A DNA stretch of 64,000 bases from an uncultured Candidatus Saccharibacteria bacterium (GCA_964428845.1 CAYRZH010000001.1:204445-268444), one strand, 5' to 3'. Numbered from the stretch's first letter, positions 17,858 to 27,653 are shown. Numbers and translations: made by a program. Notes: generated by a model not told the origin, from the sequence alone.

Positions 17858-18832
17858 ATGTCTAAAAATATTTTTATCACAAGGAAAATTCCCGAGGTTG
17901 CTGAAAAGATGCTTACCGGAAAAGGTTATGTGGTAGATGTAAATCCTCATGACCGAAGCTTGAGCCAGCGAGAACTTGTTCGTTTTCTGCGTAAAAAGCC
18001 CTATGATGCTGTGCTTTCTTTGCTTACCGACCATCTTGATGCCTATGTGTTTGATGCGGCGCCAAGTATAAAAATTTTTGCTAACTACGCTACCGGTTTT
18101 GACAATATCGATATCGCCGAAGCCAAGAAGCGTGGTGTTACGATCACAAATACGCCAGCACCACTTTTATCAGAGTCTGTGGCCGAACACACCATTGCTA
18201 TGATCTTGGCTTTAGCGACCCGAATCGTTGAAGCAGACAGATTTACTCGTCGTGGGAGATACAAAGGCTGGGAGCCTATGGGTTTTGTTGGGGTCGGAGT
18301 TGCAGGCAAGACCGTTGGTCTTGTGGGTGCTGGCCGGATAGGCGAGCGTGTGGCGATCTGTCTAAAGTCTTTTGGTTTGAAGATTATTTACCACGATGTT
18401 TCTCACAATGAAAGAATAGAAAAAGAATGCGGGGCGCAGTATATAAATACGATTGAGGAACTTTTGGCGCAGGCAGACTTTGTTACTTTACATGTTCCAC
18501 TTCTTGACTCTACTAGACACCTTATAAACGAAACACGTCTGCGTATTATGAAACCGACTGCGTTTATAATAAACACTGCCAGAGGGGCGGTTATTGACGA
18601 GTCGGCTCTCGAGAGGGCTTTGAAACAAAAAATCATTTCGGGTGCCGCGCTCGATGTTTTTGAATTCGAGCCGAAAATCACTCCAGGTCTTACTAAGTTG
18701 GATAATGTTATCCTCACACCGCATATTGGCTCGGCCAGTGCTGAAGCAAGGAATCAAATGGCAGAAATGGCTGCGCAGAATATTATAGATTTTTTAGAAG
18801 GGAAAACTCCGCCGAACATTGTGAGTTCTTAG
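17858..18832 (+). CDS. D-2-hydroxyacid dehydrogenase (glyoxylate reductase-like)
   Basis: GAGRIG, INTARG, ALDVFEFEP, LTPHIGSA. Confidence 0.9.
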   Translation: MSKNIFITRKIPEVAEKMLTGKGYVVDVNPHDRSLSQRELVRFLRKKPYDAVLSLLTDHLDAYVFDAAPSIKIFANYATGFDNIDIAEAKKRGVTITNTPAPLLSESVAEHTIAMILALATRIVEADRFTRRGRYKGWEPMGFVGVGVAGKTVGLVGAGRIGERVAICLKSFGLKIIYHDVSHNERIEKECGAQYINTIEELLAQADFVTLHVPLLDSTRHLINETRLRIMKPTAFIINTARGAVIDESALERALKQKIISGAALDVFEFEPKITPGLTKLDNVILTPHIGSASAEARNQMAEMAAQNIIDFLEGKTPPNIVSS

Positions 18833-18880
18833 TCCAGATTTCCGAGTTTGTAGATATACACATCGTCGGTCGACAACTGT

Positions 18881-18908
18881 TTGACAGTATATTTTGTGGA
18901 GCTATACT
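18881..18908 (+). promoter_or_regulatory. Promoter of micro-ORF unit A
   Basis: TTGACA-16-TATACT. Confidence 0.65.
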
Positions 18909-19009
18909 GCTCACAGATCAGTACCTGCTGGGCCGTTTTGTTCAGGGGTGTAGCCTCCTGATTGGAAGGATGTTACTTCTCAAAACGATTCAGCGAAAGG
19001 AGGTGATCC

Positions 19010-19162
19010 GTGTTCGACTCGATCGGATGGCCCGCCAAGGTCCCGAAGAGGCGTCATAGGCTCTGTGCGAGTGTCGCCGGCCACGCGATGCCGCGCCGGC
19101 ACGCTCGCCGCCGGAACGCGAACCCCGACACCCTCAACCCTGTGGCCACAACCACGTCCTGA
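19010..19162 (+). CDS. 50-aa basic peptide (MFDSIGWPAKVPKRRHRL...)
   Basis: AAAGGAGGTGATCC SD before GTG; lies between a promoter and a terminator; motif shared with 19423..19500. Confidence 0.5.
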   Translation: MFDSIGWPAKVPKRRHRLCASVAGHAMPRRHARRRNANPDTLNPVATTTS

Positions 19163-19230
19163 CACCGAACAACGCCCAACCAAAAAGAAAGGACCCTCTC
19201 TGCCGCCGATCTCGTGTCGGCGCGCCTTCT

Positions 19231-19264
19231 CCCCCGAGCGCTATCGCGCTCGGGGGATTTTCTT
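19231..19264 (+). terminator. Intrinsic terminator of unit A
   Basis: cccccgagcg-ctat-cgcgctcggggg followed by attttctt. Confidence 0.7.
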
Positions 19265-19422
19265 GTCGAAAAATCTAGATATACACAGCAGGGAATTGAC
19301 GCCTTTCTGCAGGAGCGCTACTCTCTCATGTAGAGAACGTATCGTGTAGGCGAGCGACGCCTAGTACGTTTCGGCCAAGACTGCACGCTTCGGCGTAAAG
19401 TCTAGTAAAAGGAGGATGAGCA

Positions 19423-19500
19423 TTGCAGATCACCCTGCAGATCGCGGCCTCTCTGCCGGACAAGGTTCCCCGAAGACGTCAGATCAGGATGACGGAGTAA
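19423..19500 (+). CDS. 25-aa basic peptide MQITLQIAASLPDKVPRRRQIRMTE
   Basis: AAAGGAGG 7 nt before TTG; promoter TTGACG-17-TACTCT at 19296-19324; terminator 19615-19656. Confidence 0.5.
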   Translation: MQITLQIAASLPDKVPRRRQIRMTE

Positions 19501-19703
19501 GCGGTGGACGCGTGGACACAACCTGTGTCCGTGTGGTTCTCGCGTGACCTTCGGTGACTCCTGGTCTCCCCGGTATCAACCGGTTCACACAACGGATGTG
19601 TAACGGCGTACTCACCCCCCTAATGCCTATCGGCTCTTAGGGGGGTTTCATTTTTTATATATCCAATATAATCTTTATGCAGAACCATGAAAGGAGATGA
19701 AGA

Positions 19704-20291
19704 ATGGCACGAGCGCGAGAAAGTGTGTTGAGGGTCTATGTGGTTCCGGGTGGCAAAATGCCAGAAAGGAAGACCCCCGGAGCAATCGGTTTTGATGCGT
19801 ATCTTCGAGCCGTTGTTTCGCCTACGGAACTCGATCCCGATAACCCAAACCTACGAAAAACTCTTTTTGATTTCAGAGAAAGACCCAAAGAAAAGAAGGT
19901 TAGTCAGCGGGTAAAGAGGGTGGGTGGTGAGCTTGTCTATCGGATGAGGCCGGGTGAATCTGTTCTTGTTGCTATTGGTTTCGTATGTGAAATGCCATTC
20001 CCGATGTTTTATTGGGTGGCCCCAAGAAGTGGTCTTGCCTCGAAGTGGGGTATCACAGTTACAAATGCTCCTGGTACTGTCGACCCCGACTATCGAGGTG
20101 AAGCCGGTGTTCTAGTCTACAACAGGAACAGAACCACTTTCGATCTGAAGCATAGAATGAGAATTGCCCAGGTCATTTTTCAGGAAGCACTTATCCCTAG
20201 GTTGAGTCGGGTAATGAAGTTCGGTGCCCTTTCTGGCACAGAGCGTGGTGTCGGGGGCTTCGGTTCCACAGGTTTGCGTGATAACAGGTAA
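19704..20291 (+). CDS. dut: Trimeric dUTPase with a long insertion after motif 1
   Basis: AIGFD, APRSGLA, GTVDPDYRGE, RIAQ, RGVGGFGSTG. Confidence 0.88.
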   Translation: MARARESVLRVYVVPGGKMPERKTPGAIGFDAYLRAVVSPTELDPDNPNLRKTLFDFRERPKEKKVSQRVKRVGGELVYRMRPGESVLVAIGFVCEMPFPMFYWVAPRSGLASKWGITVTNAPGTVDPDYRGEAGVLVYNRNRTTFDLKHRMRIAQVIFQEALIPRLSRVMKFGALSGTERGVGGFGSTGLRDNR

Positions 20292-20445
20292 AAACCGTCC
20301 GGCTCTATGCCGGCGTTTTTCTTTTATTTTGAGCCATATTATCTACAGACTTTTATTGACAATGATTTTCCAGGGGATACACTTTTTAACAGATAGACTG
20401 GAGAGTGCGGACCAATTTTATCAATATGGTGGATTGGGTAAAAAT

Positions 20446-22128
20446 ATGAAATATTCCAAGAACTTGTCGACGTTTGTTGTTATTGCCGGGATTTTTGCGA
20501 TTCTTTTTGTTGCGGGAGGTCTTCAGGGGCAGATTTCGTATGGAGAATTCGCGGCTGTTGTAAGCAGGGAAGAATCTGGGGAGGACGATGATTTGGAGCA
20601 AGATTTTGAGGAGATGATTCAGTACCAGGCCGAGATAGCAAAGGAAGAGGCTCTTGAAGCCCAGGGTGTGCCATCTGCCGCAACCACCATGGCTTTACCA
20701 GAGAGTCCCCAGACTCCAGAAAATATTGTCGTAGATAACGAAACTCCGAATATTGTTGTCATTGTCAATGACGACCTTCCCGCCCTCGACGGTAGGCTTT
20801 TCAACTTTATGCCGATTACTAAAGATATTTTTGTAAATCACGGCATAACCTTCTCGGATTTTCATTCCTCAAACCCGGTTTGTTGTCCCGGTCGAGCCAG
20901 TCTCTTGAGTGGTCAGCATTCTCACAACCACGGCCAGACTAGTAACACAGGAATGAAATTTGACGCAACCATCGCTCTCCCTAAACGGTTGGATGATATC
21001 GGGTACCACACTATTCTTGTTGGAAAATATCTGAACCCATATGGTTCTAAATGCTCCGGTCCGTTCAAGATCTATTGTTGGCCGAATAAACCCACTGGGT
21101 ATGATGAATGGGCTGCGGTAAAAGAAAGGGAATATTATACGTACGATATGGTTGTATGGAATGAATCTCTCGCTTCCACGACGATAGAGCACTACGGCTC
21201 TGCACCGGAAGACTACTCAACGGATGTCTTTGCCCAAAAAGCAGTAAATTATATCCAGAACGCACCAACAAGCACACCTCTCTTTTTGTGGGTTGCGCCG
21301 TACGCACCTCATGCTCCTACGCTTGCCGCACCCAGATATACTGGGACCAACTGTAAACCGACGAAATGGAAGCCGGCTAGCTGGCACGAAGCTGATGTGA
21401 GCGATAAGCCGTTATGGATCAGACTTAAGGCCAATACAAGCACGGGCAACGGCAAGGATCTTGCTAAGATATGTAAAAGCATGCTTGCCGTGGATGACCT
21501 TGTGGGAAATGTTCGGGACGCCCTGATCCAGACTGGACGGCTAGACAACACAATCTTTATTTTCACGAGCGACAACTCTATGTTGAATGGTGAACATGGT
21601 CTAGAGCAGAAGGGAATTCCACACAACACACTCGTTCCGTTCATCATTTCTTGGCCACAACAGTATGGCACTGTGGCAAGAACTATTACCGAAAGGGTAC
21701 AAAACTACGACCTTGCCCCAACCCTCTGTGAGATAGTGGGATGTACCATGCCTGATCCCGATGGACTAAGCTTTAAAGCTCTTCTTGACGGCACGGCTAC
21801 TAGCTTAGGCAGGGATGTGGTCTTGGACGAAGCTCCAAAGAAAAATAGCTACATACCGATCTGGTACGCCGTAACCACCACATCTGTCTCACCTCTGGCG
21901 TCAGAAGGATGTGCAGCAGCTTCCACCGGAGGATGCAAATGGCACTACATAGAGTATCCAACTACAGGAGAAAAGGAACTCTACGATATCTCAAATGGTC
22001 CATGTTGGGCGTGGTCAGTAGGACAACCAGGAGACCCTTGCGAGCTCGATAACCAGATAAACAATCCTGCCTATGCTTCTATCATAAGTACTCTACATAC
22101 GCGACTTGAGCAGCTAAAGGCGGAGTAG
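20446..22128 (+). CDS. Membrane-anchored Cys-type sulfatase
   Basis: N-terminal TM helix, acidic linker, PNIVVIVNDD, CCPGRASLLSG (CxPxR), GKY, APHAP, FTSDN. Confidence 0.85.
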   Translation: MKYSKNLSTFVVIAGIFAILFVAGGLQGQISYGEFAAVVSREESGEDDDLEQDFEEMIQYQAEIAKEEALEAQGVPSAATTMALPESPQTPENIVVDNETPNIVVIVNDDLPALDGRLFNFMPITKDIFVNHGITFSDFHSSNPVCCPGRASLLSGQHSHNHGQTSNTGMKFDATIALPKRLDDIGYHTILVGKYLNPYGSKCSGPFKIYCWPNKPTGYDEWAAVKEREYYTYDMVVWNESLASTTIEHYGSAPEDYSTDVFAQKAVNYIQNAPTSTPLFLWVAPYAPHAPTLAAPRYTGTNCKPTKWKPASWHEADVSDKPLWIRLKANTSTGNGKDLAKICKSMLAVDDLVGNVRDALIQTGRLDNTIFIFTSDNSMLNGEHGLEQKGIPHNTLVPFIISWPQQYGTVARTITERVQNYDLAPTLCEIVGCTMPDPDGLSFKALLDGTATSLGRDVVLDEAPKKNSYIPIWYAVTTTSVSPLASEGCAAASTGGCKWHYIEYPTTGEKELYDISNGPCWAWSVGQPGDPCELDNQINNPAYASIISTLHTRLEQLKAE

Positions 22129-22253
22129 CGTTTTCTTGTCCACTTTTTTTCGAGATAAATTAATCTACTTTATTAGAATAGAGATATAATGGGGGTGGAA
22201 AGTAAGAGTTCTTTTCTGGTTTGAGCGTACTCGAACAAACAAGAGGAGAGCAC

Positions 22254-22901
22254 ATGTTGGCAGCCCTACCCCCCGTCCCAGCTAGAAGCAATGGACTCCT
22301 GGCGCACACCACAGATGGGAAAGGAGAAATTCAGACAGTTGCGGTAGACATCGAGGGGAAAAATCATCGTGGACAGGTCGACCCTCTTGGTATCCGAGAG
22401 CGGTTTCCGATCCGAGCGAGTGTAAGGCTCGGGGCTACTACGTGTGGAGTTGGCAGTTTCTGCCAGGCTTTGTCACGAGACCCATTCGACATAAGCATTG
22501 GCGCTAACCGACTTCTTAGCCATCCCGGCTTCCAAGTCACCAGGCACGCACTGTCACTTGATTTGGCGATGCCCACCCCAAGAGAGCTTGGGTTTGGGAG
22601 CCCCGTCTGTTGCGAGAGGATCATTGTCAAGGCTTTCGATCATGGCTTGTTGCCGTGTCCTCATGATCTCGGTCCTGAAACGGTTCTCCAATGCAAAGCC
22701 CTACCAAACTGTGTTTGTATGGGTATGTGGCCACTGTACACAAAAGAAGGGGGCTTTATCTTTTGTGTCAGAAGCGTGACCGTGGAGACTGCTTCGCGCA
22801 TCAAGGTACTGCGTGAACTCTGCTGTGGCAATGCCAACCCAGACTCTCTCTGGCCTCTCGATCAGCCCTTTGCTTTCGCTCTTCCGCATCTTCCGACATA
22901 A
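22254..22901 (+). CDS. Hypothetical protein, divergent member of a CPR DGR-target-like family
   Basis: ELGF...I...A...GL.PCP..LGP core and NPD..W....FAF C-terminus; GAGGAG SD; terminator 22926-22957. Confidence 0.55.
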   Translation: MLAALPPVPARSNGLLAHTTDGKGEIQTVAVDIEGKNHRGQVDPLGIRERFPIRASVRLGATTCGVGSFCQALSRDPFDISIGANRLLSHPGFQVTRHALSLDLAMPTPRELGFGSPVCCERIIVKAFDHGLLPCPHDLGPETVLQCKALPNCVCMGMWPLYTKEGGFIFCVRSVTVETASRIKVLRELCCGNANPDSLWPLDQPFAFALPHLPT

Positions 22902-22981
22902 CTAGTTTCCAGTTGTGCTCTGCTACCCCGCACGATCAGTGCGGGGCTTTCTTTTTGGTAAATGTCTTGTAGGATAGGATC

Positions 22982-23902
22982 ATGTCTGATCTCAAGATCC
23001 TCATAACCAAACCCACCAAAGACTACGAGCTCTTGGACAGCGGAGAAGGTGAGAAGCTCGAGCGTTTTGGGAAAATTGTGCTATCCCGGCCAGACCCCCA
23101 GGCCCTGTGGTCCAAAAAACTTCCTGATTCGGAGTGGCAAAATACCAACGCTGTTTTCGTCCATGCTGGGAAAGCAGGCCGTTGGCAGATCAGAGGAGAG
23201 ACACCAAAATCCTGGAATATAGAGTTGGGCGGATTAAATTTTCTTATTAAACTTTCTTCTTTTAAGCATACTGGTGTTTTCCCGGAGCAGCAGGGAAACT
23301 GGGATTGGATAAGAGAAACTATCAAAAAAGCCAGTGGTGCCAGTCCTCGCGAGGAGGCGACTGGTGTCGGTAATTCGCGCGAAATATCTGTTCTAAATTT
23401 ATTCGGTTATACCGGCGGCGCCACACTTGCCGCAGCTCGTGCCGGAGCCAAAGTTTGTCATGTCGATGGTTCAAAGATTTCTATAGATTGGGCGTGTGAA
23501 AACGCTAAGCTCTCAAATCTAGAAGCGAAACCTATCCGCTGGATACTCGATGATGCGATGGCCTTTGTGAAGAGGGAAGTAAGGCGCGGCAATCTCTACG
23601 ATGGCATCATTATGGACCCGCCTACTTATGGTCATGGGCCAAAGAAAGAGTTGTGGCAAATAGAGAAGAATCTTCCAGAACTCATAAGAGAATGCAAAAA
23701 AATCCTTTCACCTCGCCCACTCTTTGTCCTCATAAATGGCTATGCCTCGGGCTTTTCTGGTACAGCTTATAGAAACAACTTGGCCGAACTTGTCTCGGGC
23801 CGCGAGGGAGAGATAGAAGCAGGAGAGCTTGCGATAGAAGAGGCAAAAAGTGGTCGACTTCTTCCCGCCGGTATTTTTGCTAGATGGAGGAGTGTTGGGT
23901 AA
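22982..23902 (+). CDS. Class I SAM-dependent methyltransferase (RlmI-like)
   Basis: YELLDSG.GEKLERFG, HTGVFPEQ, VLNLFGYTGG, DPPTYG. Confidence 0.85.
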   Translation: MSDLKILITKPTKDYELLDSGEGEKLERFGKIVLSRPDPQALWSKKLPDSEWQNTNAVFVHAGKAGRWQIRGETPKSWNIELGGLNFLIKLSSFKHTGVFPEQQGNWDWIRETIKKASGASPREEATGVGNSREISVLNLFGYTGGATLAAARAGAKVCHVDGSKISIDWACENAKLSNLEAKPIRWILDDAMAFVKREVRRGNLYDGIIMDPPTYGHGPKKELWQIEKNLPELIRECKKILSPRPLFVLINGYASGFSGTAYRNNLAELVSGREGEIEAGELAIEEAKSGRLLPAGIFARWRSVG

Positions 23903-23983
23903 TAGTTGTGAGATTGTAATAGAAATGATATTTTGACGTCGAAGTAAGCACTGTATTAATTTAATTATAATTAGAATAAAAAC

Positions 23984-24784
23984 ATGATTGAATCTGTTGA
24001 AATCAAAAGACTTTTGAAAATTGGCCAAGTTTTTTTAATCATCTTGACTATATTTGTTCTTGCGGGCGTTTTCTATGTTTTCCGACTCTTCGGCAACGTC
24101 GAGCGCAATACTCCGATCAGTAATCTTGTCACCGTAAACGGGCAAGGGGAAGTGTTTGCTCTACCAGACATTGCCACTTTCTCGTTTGGTGCTACCGCCA
24201 ACGCAAAGACAGTTACGGAAGCTCAAGCTCAAGTGACAAAAAAGATCAACAAGGCCCTCGACCTCATGAAAGCAGCGGGAGTTGAGGAGAAAGATATAAA
24301 AACAACTGATTATAGCGTCTATCCGAAGTACGAATATTCAAATTATATCTGTACTCAAGCTTACTGTCCTTCACCAAACCAGAGACTGGTTGGCTATGAA
24401 GTAAGTCAGAATATCTCTGTGAAGATAAGGAAAATAGAGGATTCCGGAAAAATTCTAGAGTCTCTCGGTTCGACCGAAGTTACAAATATCAGTGGTTTGC
24501 AGTTCACTATTGATGATGAAGACAAGCTTATGGCTGAAGCTCGGGCTTTGGCTATCGCAGACGCTAAAGAAAAGGGAAAGATTTTGGCGCGAGATCTGGA
24601 TGTGAAGCTTGTTAAGATTGTAAACTTCTATGAGTCCGGCAATCAGCCAATCCCTTATTATCGAGATGGTATGGAGTTTGGGATGGGTGGAGACAATCCA
24701 TTACCAACAATTGCTAAAGCCGAAATCCCTACTGGCCAGAGCAAGATCGTCTCAAACGTTTCTATCACCTACGAGATAAGGTAA
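23984..24784 (+). CDS. SIMPL/DUF541 protein
   Basis: VTVNGQGEV..LPDIA, AIADAKEK...LA..L. Confidence 0.85.
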   Translation: MIESVEIKRLLKIGQVFLIILTIFVLAGVFYVFRLFGNVERNTPISNLVTVNGQGEVFALPDIATFSFGATANAKTVTEAQAQVTKKINKALDLMKAAGVEEKDIKTTDYSVYPKYEYSNYICTQAYCPSPNQRLVGYEVSQNISVKIRKIEDSGKILESLGSTEVTNISGLQFTIDDEDKLMAEARALAIADAKEKGKILARDLDVKLVKIVNFYESGNQPIPYYRDGMEFGMGGDNPLPTIAKAEIPTGQSKIVSNVSITYEIR

Positions 24785-24865
24785 CCCAGGTTTCCAAGTT
24801 GACTTTCTATTCCAAAGGCGTAATATACCTTTACGCCTGCGGGCGTTTTTTAATACAATAAAAAG

Positions 24866-25045
24866 ATGAAAATCGTTGATTACGTCAAAGAAACAAGGAA
24901 TGAATTGCGGCACGTAAGCTGGCCTACAAGGAAGCAGGCTTTTGTTTTCACTGCGATTGTTATTGCTATCTCTCTAGCCGTGGCGGGGTTCTTGGGCCTT
25001 TTCGACTTCATTCTATCGCTCGTTTTGAGTAAGTTTGTGATTTAG
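24866..25045 (+). CDS. secE: Preprotein translocase subunit SecE
   Basis: 59 aa, below the track cutoff: ETRNELRHVSWPTRKQ plus TM helix, upstream of nusG. Confidence 0.9.
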   Translation: MKIVDYVKETRNELRHVSWPTRKQAFVFTAIVIAISLAVAGFLGLFDFILSLVLSKFVI

Positions 25046-25082
25046 GATTATCGGCATTTAGAGTTCTTTTGTTTAATTCAAT

Positions 25083-25628
25083 ATGTCAAAGCAAAAAATA
25101 GAAGAAGGGCGAAATTGGTATGCTATCCATACATACGCTGGTTATGAAAACGCTGTGATGAGAAATCTCAAACAGCGAATAGAGTCGCTTGGTATGGAAG
25201 GTAAAATTTTCAATGTCATAGTTCCAACCGAAAAGAAGATCAAGATAAAAGCAGGGAAGAGAGTCGAAGAAGAGGAAAAAATATATCCAGGATATATTTT
25301 GGTGGACATGATCGTTACTGATGATTCTTGGTACGTAGTGAGGAATACTCCTCGCGTGACAGGCTTCGTAGGATCTGGGGTCTATCCTGTGCCTATTAGT
25401 AAAAGTGAGGTGGAGAACCTATTTTCTCGTATGAATGCTGATACTGCCAAGCACAATATTGATCTTGTCTTGGGAGACGCCATAAAGATTGTCGATGGGC
25501 CGTTTAAAGATCTTGAAGGTAAAGTAAGTGAGATAGATACAGAACGCGGGAAAGTGAAGGTTTTGGTGGCGATGTTTGGTCGCGAGACGCCCGTAGAACT
25601 CGACTTCTTGCAAGTAAAAAAGATATAA
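25083..25628 (+). CDS. nusG: Transcription factor NusG
   Basis: WYAIHTYAGYE, YPGYILV, VRNTPRVTGFVG, MFGRETPVEL. Confidence 0.96.
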   Translation: MSKQKIEEGRNWYAIHTYAGYENAVMRNLKQRIESLGMEGKIFNVIVPTEKKIKIKAGKRVEEEEKIYPGYILVDMIVTDDSWYVVRNTPRVTGFVGSGVYPVPISKSEVENLFSRMNADTAKHNIDLVLGDAIKIVDGPFKDLEGKVSEIDTERGKVKVLVAMFGRETPVELDFLQVKKI

Positions 25629-25659
25629 GGTATCTTTTAGTTTCTAAAGGAAAACAAAT

Positions 25660-26085
25660 ATGGCCAAAAAGGTAGTTAAAAAAGTAAAAATCCTAGCGCC
25701 TGCGGGTAAGGCAACCCCCGCACCGCCAATCGGCCCGACACTCGGTCAGGCTGGTATCAACATTGGCGACTTCGTGACGAAGTTCAATGCGGCCACTTCC
25801 AAAATGGCTGGAGACATGATTCCGGTAGAAATCTCTGTCTACGAGGATCGAACATATTCTTTTGTTTTAAAAACTCCACCTGCTTCGAGCCTCATTCTCA
25901 AAGCGATCAAGGCTCCAAAAGGGTCGGGGACCAATCTAACCGTGAAGGCTGGCAAAATTACTAAGGCTCAAATCCGCGAGATCGCTGAAAAGAAGATGCC
26001 AGATCTAAATGCCCATGACGTGGAGGCGGCTATGAAGATCATCGAAGGATCTGCCCGATCCATGGGGGTTGAGGTGAAGGGATAG
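25660..26085 (+). CDS. rplK: 50S ribosomal protein L11
   Basis: [16 protein letters not shown]...GSARSMG; terminator 26088-26126 follows. Confidence 0.96.
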   Translation: MAKKVVKKVKILAPAGKATPAPPIGPTLGQAGINIGDFVTKFNAATSKMAGDMIPVEISVYEDRTYSFVLKTPPASSLILKAIKAPKGSGTNLTVKAGKITKAQIREIAEKKMPDLNAHDVEAAMKIIEGSARSMGVEVKG

Positions 26086-26169
26086 AGACAAACAAAAACT
26101 CGCTGGCACTGCGAGTTTTTGTTTGTAGCCCGTGGTACTTTTTGGTATTCTTTAAACAAATAAACAGTC

Positions 26170-26772
26170 ATGAAACATAAAGAAATCACTTTAAGCAAGG
26201 GTATTTTTGGTCTAGAATCGAATTTTAAGGACAGGTTTTTTAATGATTATGAGAGAATGCACCATCTTGTAAGCCACTTTCGTGGTTTAGGTTGCAAGAT
26301 CGTTCTAACCCAGGGCAGTTATGACATGGTTCATATCGGGCATGCTCGTTATCTCGAAGAGGCAAAACGACACGGAGATTTTTTGATTGTTGGTGTTGAT
26401 AGTGATGAAAAGATAAAACACCGAAAGGGACCAGATAGGCCGGTGGTTCCGCAGGAGGAGAGACTGGAAATGCTCACACATTTGAGATGTGTTGATGTTG
26501 TTATGTTGAAAGAGCTCAAAGATAAAAAGTGGCAACTTATAAAAACAGTCCGCCCTGATGTGCTTGTAGCCACGAAAGAAACCTACAACAAGTCCCAATT
26601 AAAAGAGTTGAAAAAATATTGTGGGAAGGTAGTAGTTTTAGATCCTATGGCGACGACGACTACAAGTGCAAAGATCAGACTTTTGCAGATAAAAACTGCA
26701 AAAAAATTGGAGAATTCTCTCACACCAAAACTGATCGAAACCATTCAGCAGGTCCTTAGTGGAGTTAAATAA
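26170..26772 (+). CDS. Cytidylyl/adenylyltransferase (TagD/RfaE-C family)
   Basis: GSYDMVHIGH, LIVGVDSD, KGPDRP...EER. Confidence 0.85.
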   Translation: MKHKEITLSKGIFGLESNFKDRFFNDYERMHHLVSHFRGLGCKIVLTQGSYDMVHIGHARYLEEAKRHGDFLIVGVDSDEKIKHRKGPDRPVVPQEERLEMLTHLRCVDVVMLKELKDKKWQLIKTVRPDVLVATKETYNKSQLKELKKYCGKVVVLDPMATTTTSAKIRLLQIKTAKKLENSLTPKLIETIQQVLSGVK

Positions 26773-26774
26773 AA

Positions 26775-27608
26775 ATGGAGACGATTTGCATTGCCTATGT
26801 CCCGGTATTACACGACGGATATAGAAAATTTTTTGAAAAATACAAAGGATCTACGCTCTATGTCTTTGGGCCAGAAATTATCTCTGAATTTACCCATCTT
26901 TCAAAAGAGATACGGCAGTTGGACCCCGCTCTTATCAAAAAGGCGATTGAAAGCTGGGGTATTTTTGAGGTCGTAAAGGTTTTGGGTAAGGAAGATCTGA
27001 AGACAATCGCGGAAACTACTGCACTACTCGTATTCCCTGACGAAGACGTGTCGAGAGATCTGGCCGCGAAATATTTTCCTGATAAGAAAACTGTATTTGA
27101 GCGTATTTTCCTGCGCTTAGACAAACACAGATCAATGGAAGAAAAGCCGGTCGAAGCAGACCAAAAAATATCTTCAGAACAATTTGATAGGGAAATTATC
27201 TCCAAACTGAAAGATGAAGCAAAAAAAAGTTCCGACTGGTGGAGAGGGATCGGAGCCGCCATTATAAAAAATGGGGAAATTATACTCATGACCCACAATA
27301 AGCATGTGCCATCGGAACATACCCCGTATGCTATGGGTGATCCAAGGAACAATTTTCATAAAGGAATAGGTATTGAATACTCATCTGTTCTTCATGCTGA
27401 AGCCGGACTTATTGCCGAGGCGGCGAGAAAGGGGATCTCTCTTGAGGGCGCCACCATGTATGCGACCACATTCCCTTGTCCTCCTTGTGCAAAACAGGTC
27501 GCTTATTCAGGTATAAAGAAACTTTATTATGCCGGTGGGTACGCTATTTTAGACCAGGAAGTAATTCTCAAAAGTCAGGGTGTGGAAATAATTTTTGTGC
27601 AGATGTAA
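26775..27608 (+). CDS. dCMP deaminase-family protein with an extra N-terminal domain
   Basis: HAE...PCPPC zinc motif in the C-terminal half. Confidence 0.82.
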   Translation: METICIAYVPVLHDGYRKFFEKYKGSTLYVFGPEIISEFTHLSKEIRQLDPALIKKAIESWGIFEVVKVLGKEDLKTIAETTALLVFPDEDVSRDLAAKYFPDKKTVFERIFLRLDKHRSMEEKPVEADQKISSEQFDREIISKLKDEAKKSSDWWRGIGAAIIKNGEIILMTHNKHVPSEHTPYAMGDPRNNFHKGIGIEYSSVLHAEAGLIAEAARKGISLEGATMYATTFPCPPCAKQVAYSGIKKLYYAGGYAILDQEVILKSQGVEIIFVQM

Positions 27609-27653
27609 AAGAAAACCCGTTCCTGTTGGAACGAGTTGTTATCAAGAATGGTG

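Noticed and set aside
15-18922. 13-nt match ctcacagatcagt at 15 and 18910
   Set aside because: One copy is inside a coding region; a single 13-mer match in 64 kb is expected by chance.
18980-19349. Track ORFs 18980..19183 (-) and 19065..19349 (+)
   Set aside because: No convincing SD, and the + ORF crosses a terminator and promoter; the SD-led 19010 frame fits better.
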